Origin: an uncultured Veillonellaceae bacterium
GTDB taxonomy: Bacteria; Bacillota; Negativicutes; JARBTT01
Assembly (NCBI GenBank): GCA_963805085.1
Contig: CAWDTA010000002.1
Span: 1,280,001 to 1,344,000 of the forward strand
DNA length: 64,000 bases
Reading direction: 5' to 3'
Part shown: positions 29,293 through 38,635 of the stretch, in pieces
Layout of the letters: each line of letters opens with the position of its first letter
Position numbering within the stretch: the stretch's first letter is position 1
Translations under genes and position numbers: made by a program
Notes under the pieces: model-generated
What the model was told of the DNA's origin: nothing
The model's input: the letters and a program-made list of their open reading frames with translations, nothing else
Database searches by the model: none

Positions 29293-30246
29293 CTAAAACA
29301 TATCTTTTTTCCAAAGTACAAATATACAAATAGCAGTCAGAAACGTTGCAATCGTAGAAACGTATAAAAAGCCACTTTCAGCATCACCAAAAGGAACTGG
29401 TACATTCATGCCAAAAAAGCTCGAAATCATCGTCGGAATGGCGAGGATAATCGTGATTGAAGCCAAGAATTTCATTACTAAGTTCAAATTATTAGAGATG
29501 ATCGAGGCGAAAGTATCAGCCACGCGACTCAAAATTTTGCTATACATTTCAACCATTTCTTTGGCCTGCTTATTTTCGATAATAACGTCTTCCAGTAAAT
29601 CTTCATCTTCTTCATACACTTTGACAATATGTTGTAAGTTGTGACTAGAACGTAGCCGCAATAATTTGTCTAGAACGGCACCATTCGAACGAAGTGAAGC
29701 ATTGAAGTAGGTTAAGCCTTTTTGCAATTCCAATAGCTGTAAGAGTTCTTGGTTTTTCATGGAGCCACGCAGTCTTTTTTCGATTTCATCAGATAATTTG
29801 CTGATCTGCCGCAAATACTTTAGATATAATGTTGCGGATTTATAAAGAAGTTGGAATAAAAAGCGTGTCTTTTTAAAGGTCCGAAACGTACGCGCTGTAG
29901 TTTCATTAAACTCAGAAATGACAGGATTGTCTTCCAAACTAACTGTTATTGTATAATCTTGTGTTAAAATAATAGCGAGAGGTAAAGTGTCATAGCTGTC
30001 GTTGGAACGTACAATCGGTACGTTGGTCACAACCATTACACAATTGTCCTCTAATTCTGTATGAGAACGTTCTTCTTCATCCAATGCGGATTTTAAAATA
30101 TCTATCTCAACTTCGGTTATATTACTGACTACTTTTAGTTCATAAGGTGTTGGATTCACTAAATTAATCCACGCGCCCCGTTCAATTGTTTTTATGCTTA
30201 GCTCGAGCAGTGGACCACTTTCCGAACTTTTGAAAATTCTAAGCAT
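29293..30246 (-). CDS. corA: CorA family Mg2+/Co2+ transporter
   Basis: WINLVNPT, ALDEEERS, ASIISNNLN.VMK.L, FFGMNV (GMN signature) and two C-terminal TMs. Confidence 0.93.
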   Translation of the reverse strand: MLRIFKSSESGPLLELSIKTIERGAWINLVNPTPYELKVVSNITEVEIDILKSALDEEERSHTELEDNCVMVVTNVPIVRSNDSYDTLPLAIILTQDYTITVSLEDNPVISEFNETTARTFRTFKKTRFLFQLLYKSATLYLKYLRQISKLSDEIEKRLRGSMKNQELLQLLELQKGLTYFNASLRSNGAVLDKLLRLRSSHNLQHIVKVYEEDEDLLEDVIIENKQAKEMVEMYSKILSRVADTFASIISNNLNLVMKFLASITIILAIPTMISSFFGMNVPVPFGDAESGFLYVSTIATFLTAICIFVLWKKDMF

Positions 30247-30284
30247 AGTATTCCCCCTTCAGACAGGGAAATACCGCTATATTT

Positions 30285-30380
30285 TTACAAATTTATATTA
30301 GACAAGTAAAAAAACGGCAATATTCCCCTGATTTTATTTGTTTTTAACAATAACCGCAAACTAGGAGGGTCTACATCCAT
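30285..30380 (-). promoter_or_regulatory. Putative corA leader peptide uORF (31 aa, MDVDPPSLRLLLKTNKIRGILPFFYLSNINL), part of a translational attenuator
   Basis: RBS aggcaggtg 6 nt before the ATG. DPP motif. Segment 30317-30330 pairs with 30264-30277, which can alternatively pair with the corA RBS at 30249-30258. Upstream TTGACT-17-TAATAT promoter (30450-30422). Confidence 0.7.
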
Positions 30381-30594
30381 TTTTCTCACCTGCCTTCGTG
30401 TTTATAAGATATTACATTAAGATATTACTCCTTGCGTATATAATAGTCAAGACAAGCGCACTGAAAATCAGGTTAAAGTTGCGTTAAGAATTATTTTTTT
30501 CCTTCATTAATATAAAATGTATACAATTCGATCGAGAGGGAATCATAAGCAAACAATAATTGTATTCTTTTTAGATTATGGAATATTTTTTTTA

Positions 30595-30624
30595 TTGACA
30601 ACCATTTATAAATTTTGCTATAAT
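30595..30624 (+). promoter_or_regulatory. SigmaA promoter of the tRNA-Ser pair
   Basis: TTGACA(30595-600)-18 bp-TATAAT(30619-24) with extended TG. Confidence 0.8.
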
Positions 30625-30642
30625 ACTAAATGTGTCAAGCAC

Positions 30643-30731
30643 GGAGAGGTGTCCGAGTGGTTTAAGGAGCTGGTCTTGAAAACCAGTGATTCCGCAAGGG
30701 ACCGTGGGTTCGAATCCCACCCTTTCCGCCA
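30643..30731 (+). tRNA. tRNA-Ser (TGA)
   Basis: GGAGAGG acceptor, ctggt-cttgaaa-accag anticodon arm, long variable arm, GGTTCGAATCC and encoded CCA. Confidence 0.97.
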
Positions 30732-30765
30732 TAAAATCTAATTGTTTTTATGAATTAAGCTTAAT

Positions 30766-30854
30766 GGAGTGGTACTCAAGAGGCTCAAGAGGACGGTTTG
30801 CTAAATCGTTAGGTGGGTAACCATGCGTGGGTTCGAACCCCACCCACTCCGCCA
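30766..30854 (+). tRNA. tRNA-Ser (GCT)
   Basis: GGAGTGG / CCACTCC acceptor, acggt-ttgctaa-atcgt anticodon arm, long variable arm and CCA. Confidence 0.96.
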
Positions 30855-30871
30855 TTTAAATTGAAAGTTAA

Positions 30872-30900
30872 GACTTTGGAATATTTCCAAAGTCTTTTTT
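30872..30900 (+). terminator. tRNA terminator; left copy of the island-bounding repeat
   Basis: gactttggaa-tat-ttccaaagtc-tttttt; 28/29 identical to 40096-40124. Confidence 0.85.
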
Positions 30901-31257
30901 GTCGCCCCAAAAGGCTGTTGATAGCGATAAAGTTATGTCGTTTGTACGGCAGCCTATTTTATTCTGCAAATAATATGCTATAATGAAATTAATGTAATAA
31001 TGCAGTTTAAAATGGAATAATGATCTTGTCGTATAGTGAATTTTGAACTGAATTTTATTGAAGAAACACTGGAAATATAAAGATAAACTTATAATTTATA
31101 TCAGTGTTTCTCGTAAAAATTAAATAGTTTTTAATTAGGCAGTGCACATCTTTTAACTATATATAAATCGAAAAATTGTATAAGAAAGAATTCTTATACA
31201 ATTTTTTTTTAGTCTGAGCTGTACGTACATAAAATTTGGAAAGAGGATGGATGCGTT

Positions 31258-33288
31258 ATGTCAAATCTTAATGATACATTCACTAACATTGACTCTATTT
31301 CTCAACAGAATATTGGCATAAAGATTTGCAGCATTTATGCCTTAGTAGGAATTTTATGGATAACATTTTCTGATCAATTAACCCGCTACTTAGCTAGAGA
31401 CGTTGATGAAATGGTCTTAATGAGTACATATAAAGGTTGGGGATTCATTTTACTGACGACACTACTCCTCTATATTTTGGTACAACTTTTTCTTCAAAAA
31501 ATAGTTAAAATTAACGAACAGCTTAGTCTCTCTAATCAATCATTGGAGGCGTCTTATGAGGAGATTGCTGCCTCTGAAGAAGAACTACGTGACCAATATA
31601 GCCTGCTTGAACAGCAAAATAATGCACTGTATACTAGTGACCAGAATTTTCGCAGTCTGTTTGATAATATGCTCACCGGATTTATTGTCTATGAAATCAT
31701 TTACGATGATAAGGCGAATTTTATCGGTTTTCGCTTTCTAGCCGTTAATCCAGCTTTTGAAAAATTGACTGGCTTGAAAGAAAAAGATGTTCTTGGCAGA
31801 ACATCTTTAGAAATCTTCCCGCAAACTGGGAAATTGTGGCATGATCCATTTAAGGTAGTTGCCGATACTGGCAAACCTTATTCATTCACTTTGTTCGGAT
31901 ATGAAACGGGAAAATACTTTGAAGGAACCGCTTATCGCCCCACTTCCGACAGGGTTGCCATCCATTTCTTTGATTGTACCGCTCGCATTATGGGCCAGGA
32001 AGAAATTGAGTATATGGCGTATCACGACTCACTGACCCAATTGCCAAACCGCTATTTTTTTCAAGAACATCTGCGGCAAGCACTCGCCGCAAATGAGCGA
32101 CTGGCAGTAATGCTTCTGGATTTAGACGATTTCAAATTGATCAATGATACTTTAGGACATGCATCTGGAGATGAACTTCTGCAGGAAATCAGCAGACGAC
32201 TGTTATCCATTCTACAAACGGAAGATATTGTATCACGCTTGGGCGGAGATGAGTTTATTGTCCTGATTACAAATCCTCAAAGCTTGGAGAAACTTGACGA
32301 CCTCGCCCAAGAACTAAGTCGGGTCATCTATGAACCTTGGTATTACAATGAAGTGGCTTATCAAGTATCGTGTAAAATTGGCGTTGCTCAATTTCCAACC
32401 GACAGCTGCGATGCCGATACGCTAATTAAACAGGCAGATATGGCAATGTATCAAGCCAAAGAACAAGACATGGGGAATCACTTATTTTACCAGTCTTCTA
32501 TGGAAGTAAAGGTAGCCGAGCGAATGGAAATTGAACGTGAGTTGCAGCTCGCCATAGCTCGCGAGGAATTCGTCCTTCATTACCAGCCACAGGTTGACTA
32601 TACTGGTAAAATACTAGGAGTGGAGGCCCTTGTTCGTTGGCAGCATCCGACAAAGGGGCTTATTCCCCCAATGAAATTTATTCCCATCGCCGAAGAAAGT
32701 GGCTTGATCCTTCCTATGGGTGAATGGATTTTGAAAACCGCCTGCAGGCAAGTCGACGAATGGAAAAAAGCGGGGCTTTCTCCCATCGCTATGTCGATAA
32801 ATCTCTCTGCTCGGCAATTCCTCCAGCAAGATATACTAGACAAAATTTTAAAAATTATCAATGAATCCAGAGTAAATCCTCAGCAGATCGTACTTGAGAT
32901 CACTGAAACAGCTGCAATGAAAAATGCTGAAAAAACTGTGCAAATTCTGCAGAAATTAAAATCACTAGGCATTAGAATTTCTCTCGACGATTTTGGAACA
33001 GGGTATTCTTCACTGCTTTATTTAAAAAGATTCCCGGTAGATTCAATCAAGATTGATCGTTCATTTATCGTCGATTTCAGCACTGATTTAGAGGGGGCCA
33101 GTATCACAAAAACCATAGTGTCTTTGGCCAAAAATCTAAAATGCAAAGTTGTCGCCGAAGGTGTTGAAACAATTGAACAATTGAATTTTTTAAAGGAGCT
33201 AGAATGCGAAGTAATGCAAGGGTACTTGTTCAGCAAACCGTTGCCGGCGCAAGAAATAACTGCACTGTTAGAGGAAACTATGAAATAA
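31258..33288 (+). CDS. Membrane PAS-GGDEF-EAL diguanylate cyclase/phosphodiesterase
   Basis: Two TMs, coiled coil, PAS (VNPAFEKLTG), HDSLTQLPNR, intact GGDEF, EALVRW, DDFGTGYSSL and AEGVET. Confidence 0.94.
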   Translation: MSNLNDTFTNIDSISQQNIGIKICSIYALVGILWITFSDQLTRYLARDVDEMVLMSTYKGWGFILLTTLLLYILVQLFLQKIVKINEQLSLSNQSLEASYEEIAASEEELRDQYSLLEQQNNALYTSDQNFRSLFDNMLTGFIVYEIIYDDKANFIGFRFLAVNPAFEKLTGLKEKDVLGRTSLEIFPQTGKLWHDPFKVVADTGKPYSFTLFGYETGKYFEGTAYRPTSDRVAIHFFDCTARIMGQEEIEYMAYHDSLTQLPNRYFFQEHLRQALAANERLAVMLLDLDDFKLINDTLGHASGDELLQEISRRLLSILQTEDIVSRLGGDEFIVLITNPQSLEKLDDLAQELSRVIYEPWYYNEVAYQVSCKIGVAQFPTDSCDADTLIKQADMAMYQAKEQDMGNHLFYQSSMEVKVAERMEIERELQLAIAREEFVLHYQPQVDYTGKILGVEALVRWQHPTKGLIPPMKFIPIAEESGLILPMGEWILKTACRQVDEWKKAGLSPIAMSINLSARQFLQQDILDKILKIINESRVNPQQIVLEITETAAMKNAEKTVQILQKLKSLGIRISLDDFGTGYSSLLYLKRFPVDSIKIDRSFIVDFSTDLEGASITKTIVSLAKNLKCKVVAEGVETIEQLNFLKELECEVMQGYLFSKPLPAQEITALLEETMK

Positions 33289-33403
33289 TAGTTTCCTCTA
33301 ACAGTGATAAACCTGCTAAGTAAAACGCACCAAAGAAAAAAACCACCTACTATGCAGGTGATTGATAAAAGTTAGTGGTGACCATGATATGCGGATGAAT
33401 TTT

Positions 33404-33643
33404 CTAAAAACCACGAATGTTCGAGAATCCTAGACGTTCTTTCTCAATATCAATTTTAATTATATCATCAATGTATATAAATTCTACCCGTCCTGTATCA
33501 TCTTCGCGCAGCTTATAAAGGCTCTTTTTCCCAAAGTAATCAAAAACCATACACTCGTTACCATTAGAGTCAATTAACGTACATTTAATATACTTAACCT
33601 CTGCTAATTCAATTGTACTATTAGAAGTATAGACAGTTATCAT
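33404..33643 (-). CDS. Hypothetical protein (~79 aa)
   Basis: AAGGGG RBS upstream of the ATG. Tandem with the next small ORF. Confidence 0.5.
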   Translation of the reverse strand: MITVYTSNSTIELAEVKYIKCTLIDSNGNECMVFDYFGKKSLYKLREDDTGRVEFIYIDDIIKIDIEKERLGFSNIRGF

Positions 33644-33703
33644 ACAGTTACTCGTATTCCCCCTTTCCAATAGAAAACTCTTCTATTATAACAACAATAG
33701 AAT

Positions 33704-33892
33704 TTATCTCTCTGTTTCTTCACTACCAAGTATCTCGAATATGCTAGATTGCACAACAGTAATTGCGGTACGATAGGAGTTGGCTGCTCCTGCAAAATAT
33801 ACATCACCGCGAACAGCTTCCATTTCCTTTGCCATCACCTGTAACCATTCAATGAGCTGTTGAGCATCGATCACTCGGGTTGCCTTTGTCAT
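33704..33892 (-). CDS. Small phage-like hypothetical protein (62 aa)
   Basis: AAAGGGGA RBS. N-terminal RVIDAQQLIEWL resembles the RLIDAD.L motif common in Firmicute phage small proteins. Confidence 0.6.
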   Translation of the reverse strand: MTKATRVIDAQQLIEWLQVMAKEMEAVRGDVYFAGAANSYRTAITVVQSSIFEILGSEETER

Positions 33893-34098
33893 AGTTATGT
33901 CCCCTTTCACCCTAATAATCGGGTCAATAACTATAAATTATTGAAATTCATAAACCGATTATTAATTGAAGAATTTTATTTCTACTATATTTTACACTTT
34001 TCCCCATTTGGAATAAACCGGAAGAAACAGTTATTTTTACCTAAAAAAACGTAAAATTACAGCAGTCTGCGTGACCAAATAGTCAACAGACTGCTATT

Positions 34099-35184
34099 TT
34101 ATATATTCATTTTTCTGAATTCAATCGGTGTATGCCCTGTGTAACCTTTAAATAGGCGACAAAAGTAATCCGAGCTGCTATAACCAAGCTTTTCACTTAT
34201 TTCATAGTTCTTATATTCACTTGTTACTAGCAGATATTTCGCATGTTCCATTTTTACTTTAGTGACATAATCATTATAATTATATCCTGTTTTCTGCTTA
34301 AACAACTTGCCAATATAATCTTTGCTTATCAGTACTTCTCTAGAAATATCATCCAATTTTATGGTTTCTTCTACATGCTCCATTATATAGAAGCAGGTTT
34401 TTCCAACCATGCTGTCAGGACGATGCAGTTCGTATTTTCTTATAATTTCCAGCATAGTATTTATACAGCTCAAAAACTTTGCCTCAAGATCATCAATGGA
34501 TTCTACATCAGTCAAAGTCTCGTTAAAGACTATTTCCTCAAGGGTTACCAACCAGGGGAAATTTTTATTAAATTCCTCTCTGAATTTCAAGAGCATTTTT
34601 CCTAGCAGTATACCTGTCTTAACGAGGTCTTGATTTGTCAAATTAAATAGTTCTAAACAAGTGCTTGATGCTTCATCAATAGCCTTATAGTCACCGACCA
34701 TCATTAAATCAATAAGTTTTCTTTCCTGATCCGTCGGGTAGAAGAATCTAAGGTTATCTTCAAATAGCATTTGCTTTTCTTCGTCTCGTCTTTCTTGCAG
34801 GTATTTTTTTTCATCCAAATGCATTTTTACCCGTGTTAATGCTTTACTAAGCACATTATCGTCTATTGGTTTCATTATGTAGTCAAATATTCCAATTCGT
34901 ATGCCTTGTTGGGCATATTCAAAATCATTATATGTACTCATGATCATTAAACAAATATCTAAGTTTCTAGCTTTAAGCTTACTTAAAAATTTGAGTCCGT
35001 TCATACCAGGCATTCTGATATCGGTAATCGCTAAGTCAAAATCTTTTTCGGTTAGTTTTTCTAACGCGCCTATGCCGTCGTGCGCTTCAGCTTCAATAGT
35101 AAATCCACACGATTCCCAATCTTCAAATTGTCTAAGCCCAAATAGAGTGGACTCATCATCATCAACAAGTAATACTTTATACAA
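34099..35184 (-). CDS. Two-component response regulator, REC + AraC HTH (YesN-like)
   Basis: VLLVDDD, TDIRMPGMNG, DYIMKP and C-terminal FKQKTG...ISEKLGY....YF.RLFK..TG.TP.EFR. Confidence 0.93.
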   Translation of the reverse strand: MYKVLLVDDDESTLFGLRQFEDWESCGFTIEAEAHDGIGALEKLTEKDFDLAITDIRMPGMNGLKFLSKLKARNLDICLMIMSTYNDFEYAQQGIRIGIFDYIMKPIDDNVLSKALTRVKMHLDEKKYLQERRDEEKQMLFEDNLRFFYPTDQERKLIDLMMVGDYKAIDEASSTCLELFNLTNQDLVKTGILLGKMLLKFREEFNKNFPWLVTLEEIVFNETLTDVESIDDLEAKFLSCINTMLEIIRKYELHRPDSMVGKTCFYIMEHVEETIKLDDISREVLISKDYIGKLFKQKTGYNYNDYVTKVKMEHAKYLLVTSEYKNYEISEKLGYSSSDYFCRLFKGYTGHTPIEFRKMNI

Positions 35185-35406
35185 AGAATATCCCTCCAGT
35201 CCAACATACTGGTTTAATTATAGCAAATTCTTACAATAATTTGCTATAATTAAAAAAAATATATTGAAATACACCTACGGTATTAAATGATTTCTTACAA
35301 ATTCATTTAATACCAATACTACCTTAAACTAGCACAAGGACGTTAATGTCTCTATAGATAGTATCTAAAAAGGGTAATTGATTGACTGAAAAGGATTATT
35401 TTTACA

Positions 35407-35447
35407 AAGATAGATAAAGCCTACCAACTTTATCTATCTTTCTTTTT
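35407..35447 (+). terminator. Intrinsic terminator-like hairpin in the RR/GNAT intergenic region
   Basis: aaagatagataaag-cctaccaa-ctttatctatcttt-cttttt. Confidence 0.6.
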
Positions 35448-35691
35448 GCCCAAAAAGCAACTAACAAACATTTAATCTAATTCTAGGCTAAATTTTTCAC
35501 ATAGTTAGCGCTTCTCCTCGGCGAACTAGATCTCACGACGCTCAATGTGTTCGCTTGGTGGCACAGTGACCTTCTATAGCTGGTTTGTCTCCTGTCTTAT
35601 ATCTAATAACTTTACAAGTCCCTATCGTTACGTCGATATTAGATAGGAATAAAAAGATTCTTGTCTTTTTATATCAAAAGGAGGCGTTTTT

Positions 35692-36816
35692 ATGAAAAAC
35701 ATTAACCAAGCAACATCTGTATCCACAAAAGAAGAACCTATAAGAATAGGTGTCGCAACAACACCCGAGGAAAAAAGGGAAGTCTATCGATTTCGCTACA
35801 GCATTTACGCCGAAGAAATCGCTTATGAGCTTCCGTACGCAGACCATGAAAACAAACTTTTATATGAAGAGTTAGATGGTTGGGCTATACTGCTCACGGC
35901 TCATGTCGGGTCGATACTTGTTGGGACAACTAGAGTAAATATTGGAAAAATATCAGATTTCCCCCCCGATATAGTACAGGTCTATTGCATGAAAAAATTT
36001 AGAAAGTTTTATAATGAAGAGGACAATCCTTATTTTACAGTAATTTCAAGGGGAATGGTATCTCCACAATATCGTAGTTCAGCGATAGCGTACTTATTTA
36101 TGGTAAAAATGTATGAGTTATGTTGTGATTATCAAGTACAGTTTTCCTTTTTAGAATGCAATTTTCATTTGATCCAGTTTTATGAGCGCACTGGACAGAT
36201 TCGTATTGATAAAAATACTCTAGATTCTAATGACGGAAGTCCATTAGCCAGTTTGGTTATGCTAATAGACGATGTCGATCATTTGAGAACAGTGGGATCG
36301 CCCTTATTCCGTACTGCGCGCAAAAAAATTGCATTAAATAGGAAAGCAGTTGATTGGTTTTATTCAGAATTTTCTCATGAAATTAAAACAACTATTAATA
36401 GTCGGCTTGTTACCGAAGAAAAACTATGGACTATTATTCATCAATATCTTGGAAACCTGCCTAATTACAGTATATCCATACTGAATGGGTTGTCTGTTTT
36501 AGAAGCAAAGCTCTTTTTGCATTCCTGTGGCAGTATTGTTCATTGTTACGCTGGTGAATATATTGCATCGTGTGGCACTATAAGTCAAGAACTAATTATC
36601 TTATTATCAGGAACAGCATACGCTTCGCAAAAAGGCACTATCAAGCCAGGACAATACTGTGGCGATAATGGGTTGGCATACATAACAAAACATGCTTCAA
36701 CTGTTATAGCTTTAGGCGACTTAGATATTTTAGTCTTATCTAATTACAATTTTAGCAATTTCAGGAAACGCAATTCTGCTATTTCACACAAGATACTTAG
36801 TAATTTACAGAAATAA
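35692..36816 (+). CDS. GNAT-superfamily acyltransferase (FeeM/LuxI-like fold) fused to a cyclic-nucleotide-binding domain
   Basis: VATTPEE...VYRFRY.IY..E, LL.EELD, VGT.RV, SR..V.PQYR and HL..FYE..G. C-terminal GE.I...G....EL.ILLSG...PGQ..G...L.....STV.A cNMP-like fold. Confidence 0.75.
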   Translation: MKNINQATSVSTKEEPIRIGVATTPEEKREVYRFRYSIYAEEIAYELPYADHENKLLYEELDGWAILLTAHVGSILVGTTRVNIGKISDFPPDIVQVYCMKKFRKFYNEEDNPYFTVISRGMVSPQYRSSAIAYLFMVKMYELCCDYQVQFSFLECNFHLIQFYERTGQIRIDKNTLDSNDGSPLASLVMLIDDVDHLRTVGSPLFRTARKKIALNRKAVDWFYSEFSHEIKTTINSRLVTEEKLWTIIHQYLGNLPNYSISILNGLSVLEAKLFLHSCGSIVHCYAGEYIASCGTISQELIILLSGTAYASQKGTIKPGQYCGDNGLAYITKHASTVIALGDLDILVLSNYNFSNFRKRNSAISHKILSNLQK

Positions 36817-36823
36817 AAATTGA

Positions 36824-36979
36824 GGCTCAATGCTAAAAGTGTGCTTGACAGTGCTTGTCATTCTGAGAAGATGTTAGCCGACGTGGCAATCTCTATTTGT
36901 TGTCTACTGACCTGCTACTTGAGATTACCGGGTTTTGCTCAGAGTGACAGAAATTCAAGTACACTTTTTGGTAAGAGCC
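36824..36979. repeat. Palindromic REP/MITE-like element
   Basis: Nested inverted repeats ggctc..aaaagtgtgcttga / tcaagtacacttttt..gagcc, tgtcattctgag / ctcagagtgaca and gcaatctc / gagattac. Confidence 0.7.
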
Positions 36980-37113
36980 AAGATTAAATTCTATTATTTT
37001 TCAAAAATTTTAAACTAATTATGCGGGAATAGATAATTTGTTGAAGCTTATGTAAAATTTTGTTATAATTTATAAATATGTAAGTATGTTACTTTCCACA
37101 AGGAGATATTAAT

Positions 37114-38469
37114 ATGAGCTATTTTGAAATGTCTAATATTGCAGTAGTCGCAGCAACTATTTTTACAGCGCCTATGTACGTTTATTTATATATCATTTAT
37201 CGCGAACGTTTTATGGGGATATGGATGATATGTTGGCTGTTACTTTTTATCAGATTCTTTCTCTTTGACTATGGAGTAATAAATTGGGAGAATTCAGCTA
37301 TTGGATCATTCTATTACCAAGCGTTTTATATAGTCCCTGCCTATCTTCTTATTTATGGTATACATAATTTTATCAATCAGCCAATCAAAAAACACTGGCT
37401 ATACGGCTTTGTCATTATAATGACTTTGAGTATTGTGTTTACAGTATATCAAATTCCATTAGTATATCAACTGATTCCTTCTACTTCGTTTGGTTCTGCC
37501 ACACTTATCTATACTGGGTATATTTTATTAAATATTAAAACACGATGTTTGGGGAAATATGTTACCGGATGTTCTTTAATTCTATGGGGTATCCTCACTT
37601 TAACAATTTTTTGTTTATATACATATATTCAGGATACGGTGCTCTATTCAATATTCATTTGCATCTGTGGAATATTACGTCTATTTATTACATGCGGTAT
37701 TCTATTAGTATACTTTGAAAAAACAAGAGCAGATTTGATTAGTAATCAAGAAACTCTCCAACAAGTTAATCTTGAACTTCAGCAGGCTAATCAAGAACTC
37801 AACCATTTCTGTCATTGTGTAGCGCATGATTTTAAAGCGCCATTGCAGTCAATCAATAAACTTTCTAAATATTTTATGCGTGATTATGCTGATAAGGTTG
37901 ACAGTAATGGAAAAGAGTTAATTACACACATTCAAAACAAGTCAGCGGAAGTTGTTAATATTACGGATCATTTGCTGGAACTCTCTAGAATGTCTCAAAA
38001 ACAGATAGCAATGAAAGATATTAAATTGGAGATTTTATTTCGTGAGGTATATGATGAACTAATAGAACTCCAGCCAGAAAGACAAGTCGTTTTTAAGATA
38101 AAACAGCTCCCTATGATTCATGGCGACCCCATTATGATAAAAATACTGGTGGCCAATATCCTTTCTAATGCGCTTAAATATACCCGCAATTGCAAGCAGG
38201 CGATCATTGAAGTCACTTCGGTGGAGAATGAAAACGATTATATTATTTCAGTTAAGGATAATGGTGCAGGCTTTGATATGAGTGAGTCTTCTCGGCTTTT
38301 TAAAATTTTCGAGAGACTTCATTCTGTTGATCAGTTTGAAGGAACAGGTGTCGGGCTTGTGGTATGTCAGAAGATTTTGAAACGGCATAATGGAAGTGCG
38401 TGGCTTACTGGCAAGGTAAATGAAGGGGCAATTTTCTCCTTTAGTTTTCCGAAGAATTTATTGCTTTAA
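37114..38469 (+). CDS. Multi-TM (about 7) sensor histidine kinase 1
   Basis: About 200 aa hydrophobic sensor, AHDFKAPL H-box, NILSNALKY, DNGAGFD and FERLH....FEGTGVGL. Confidence 0.93.
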   Translation: MSYFEMSNIAVVAATIFTAPMYVYLYIIYRERFMGIWMICWLLLFIRFFLFDYGVINWENSAIGSFYYQAFYIVPAYLLIYGIHNFINQPIKKHWLYGFVIIMTLSIVFTVYQIPLVYQLIPSTSFGSATLIYTGYILLNIKTRCLGKYVTGCSLILWGILTLTIFCLYTYIQDTVLYSIFICICGILRLFITCGILLVYFEKTRADLISNQETLQQVNLELQQANQELNHFCHCVAHDFKAPLQSINKLSKYFMRDYADKVDSNGKELITHIQNKSAEVVNITDHLLELSRMSQKQIAMKDIKLEILFREVYDELIELQPERQVVFKIKQLPMIHGDPIMIKILVANILSNALKYTRNCKQAIIEVTSVENENDYIISVKDNGAGFDMSESSRLFKIFERLHSVDQFEGTGVGLVVCQKILKRHNGSAWLTGKVNEGAIFSFSFPKNLLL

Positions 38470-38635
38470 CAATTTCAGAAAAAACCATCCTGATATGCTG
38501 ATAATAAATAACTTACGATAATACTATAGTTATTATATATAGAAAAATTGTTATGATGTATTTTGCTACTGTAAAGAATTATTTCTCTTTTTTACAATTA
38601 CAGTTTTGATATTAATGAAGGAGATACAAATAATT

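Noticed and set aside
30247-30450. M-box (ykoK) Mg2+ riboswitch upstream of corA
   Set aside because: M-box consensus blocks and an intrinsic terminator were not found. A uORF attenuator explains the region better.
30517-30741. 74-aa ORF
   Set aside because: Overlaps tRNA-Ser and its promoter; spurious.
33404-33910. Intact prophage
   Set aside because: Only two small phage-like ORFs; no integrase, structural or replication genes.
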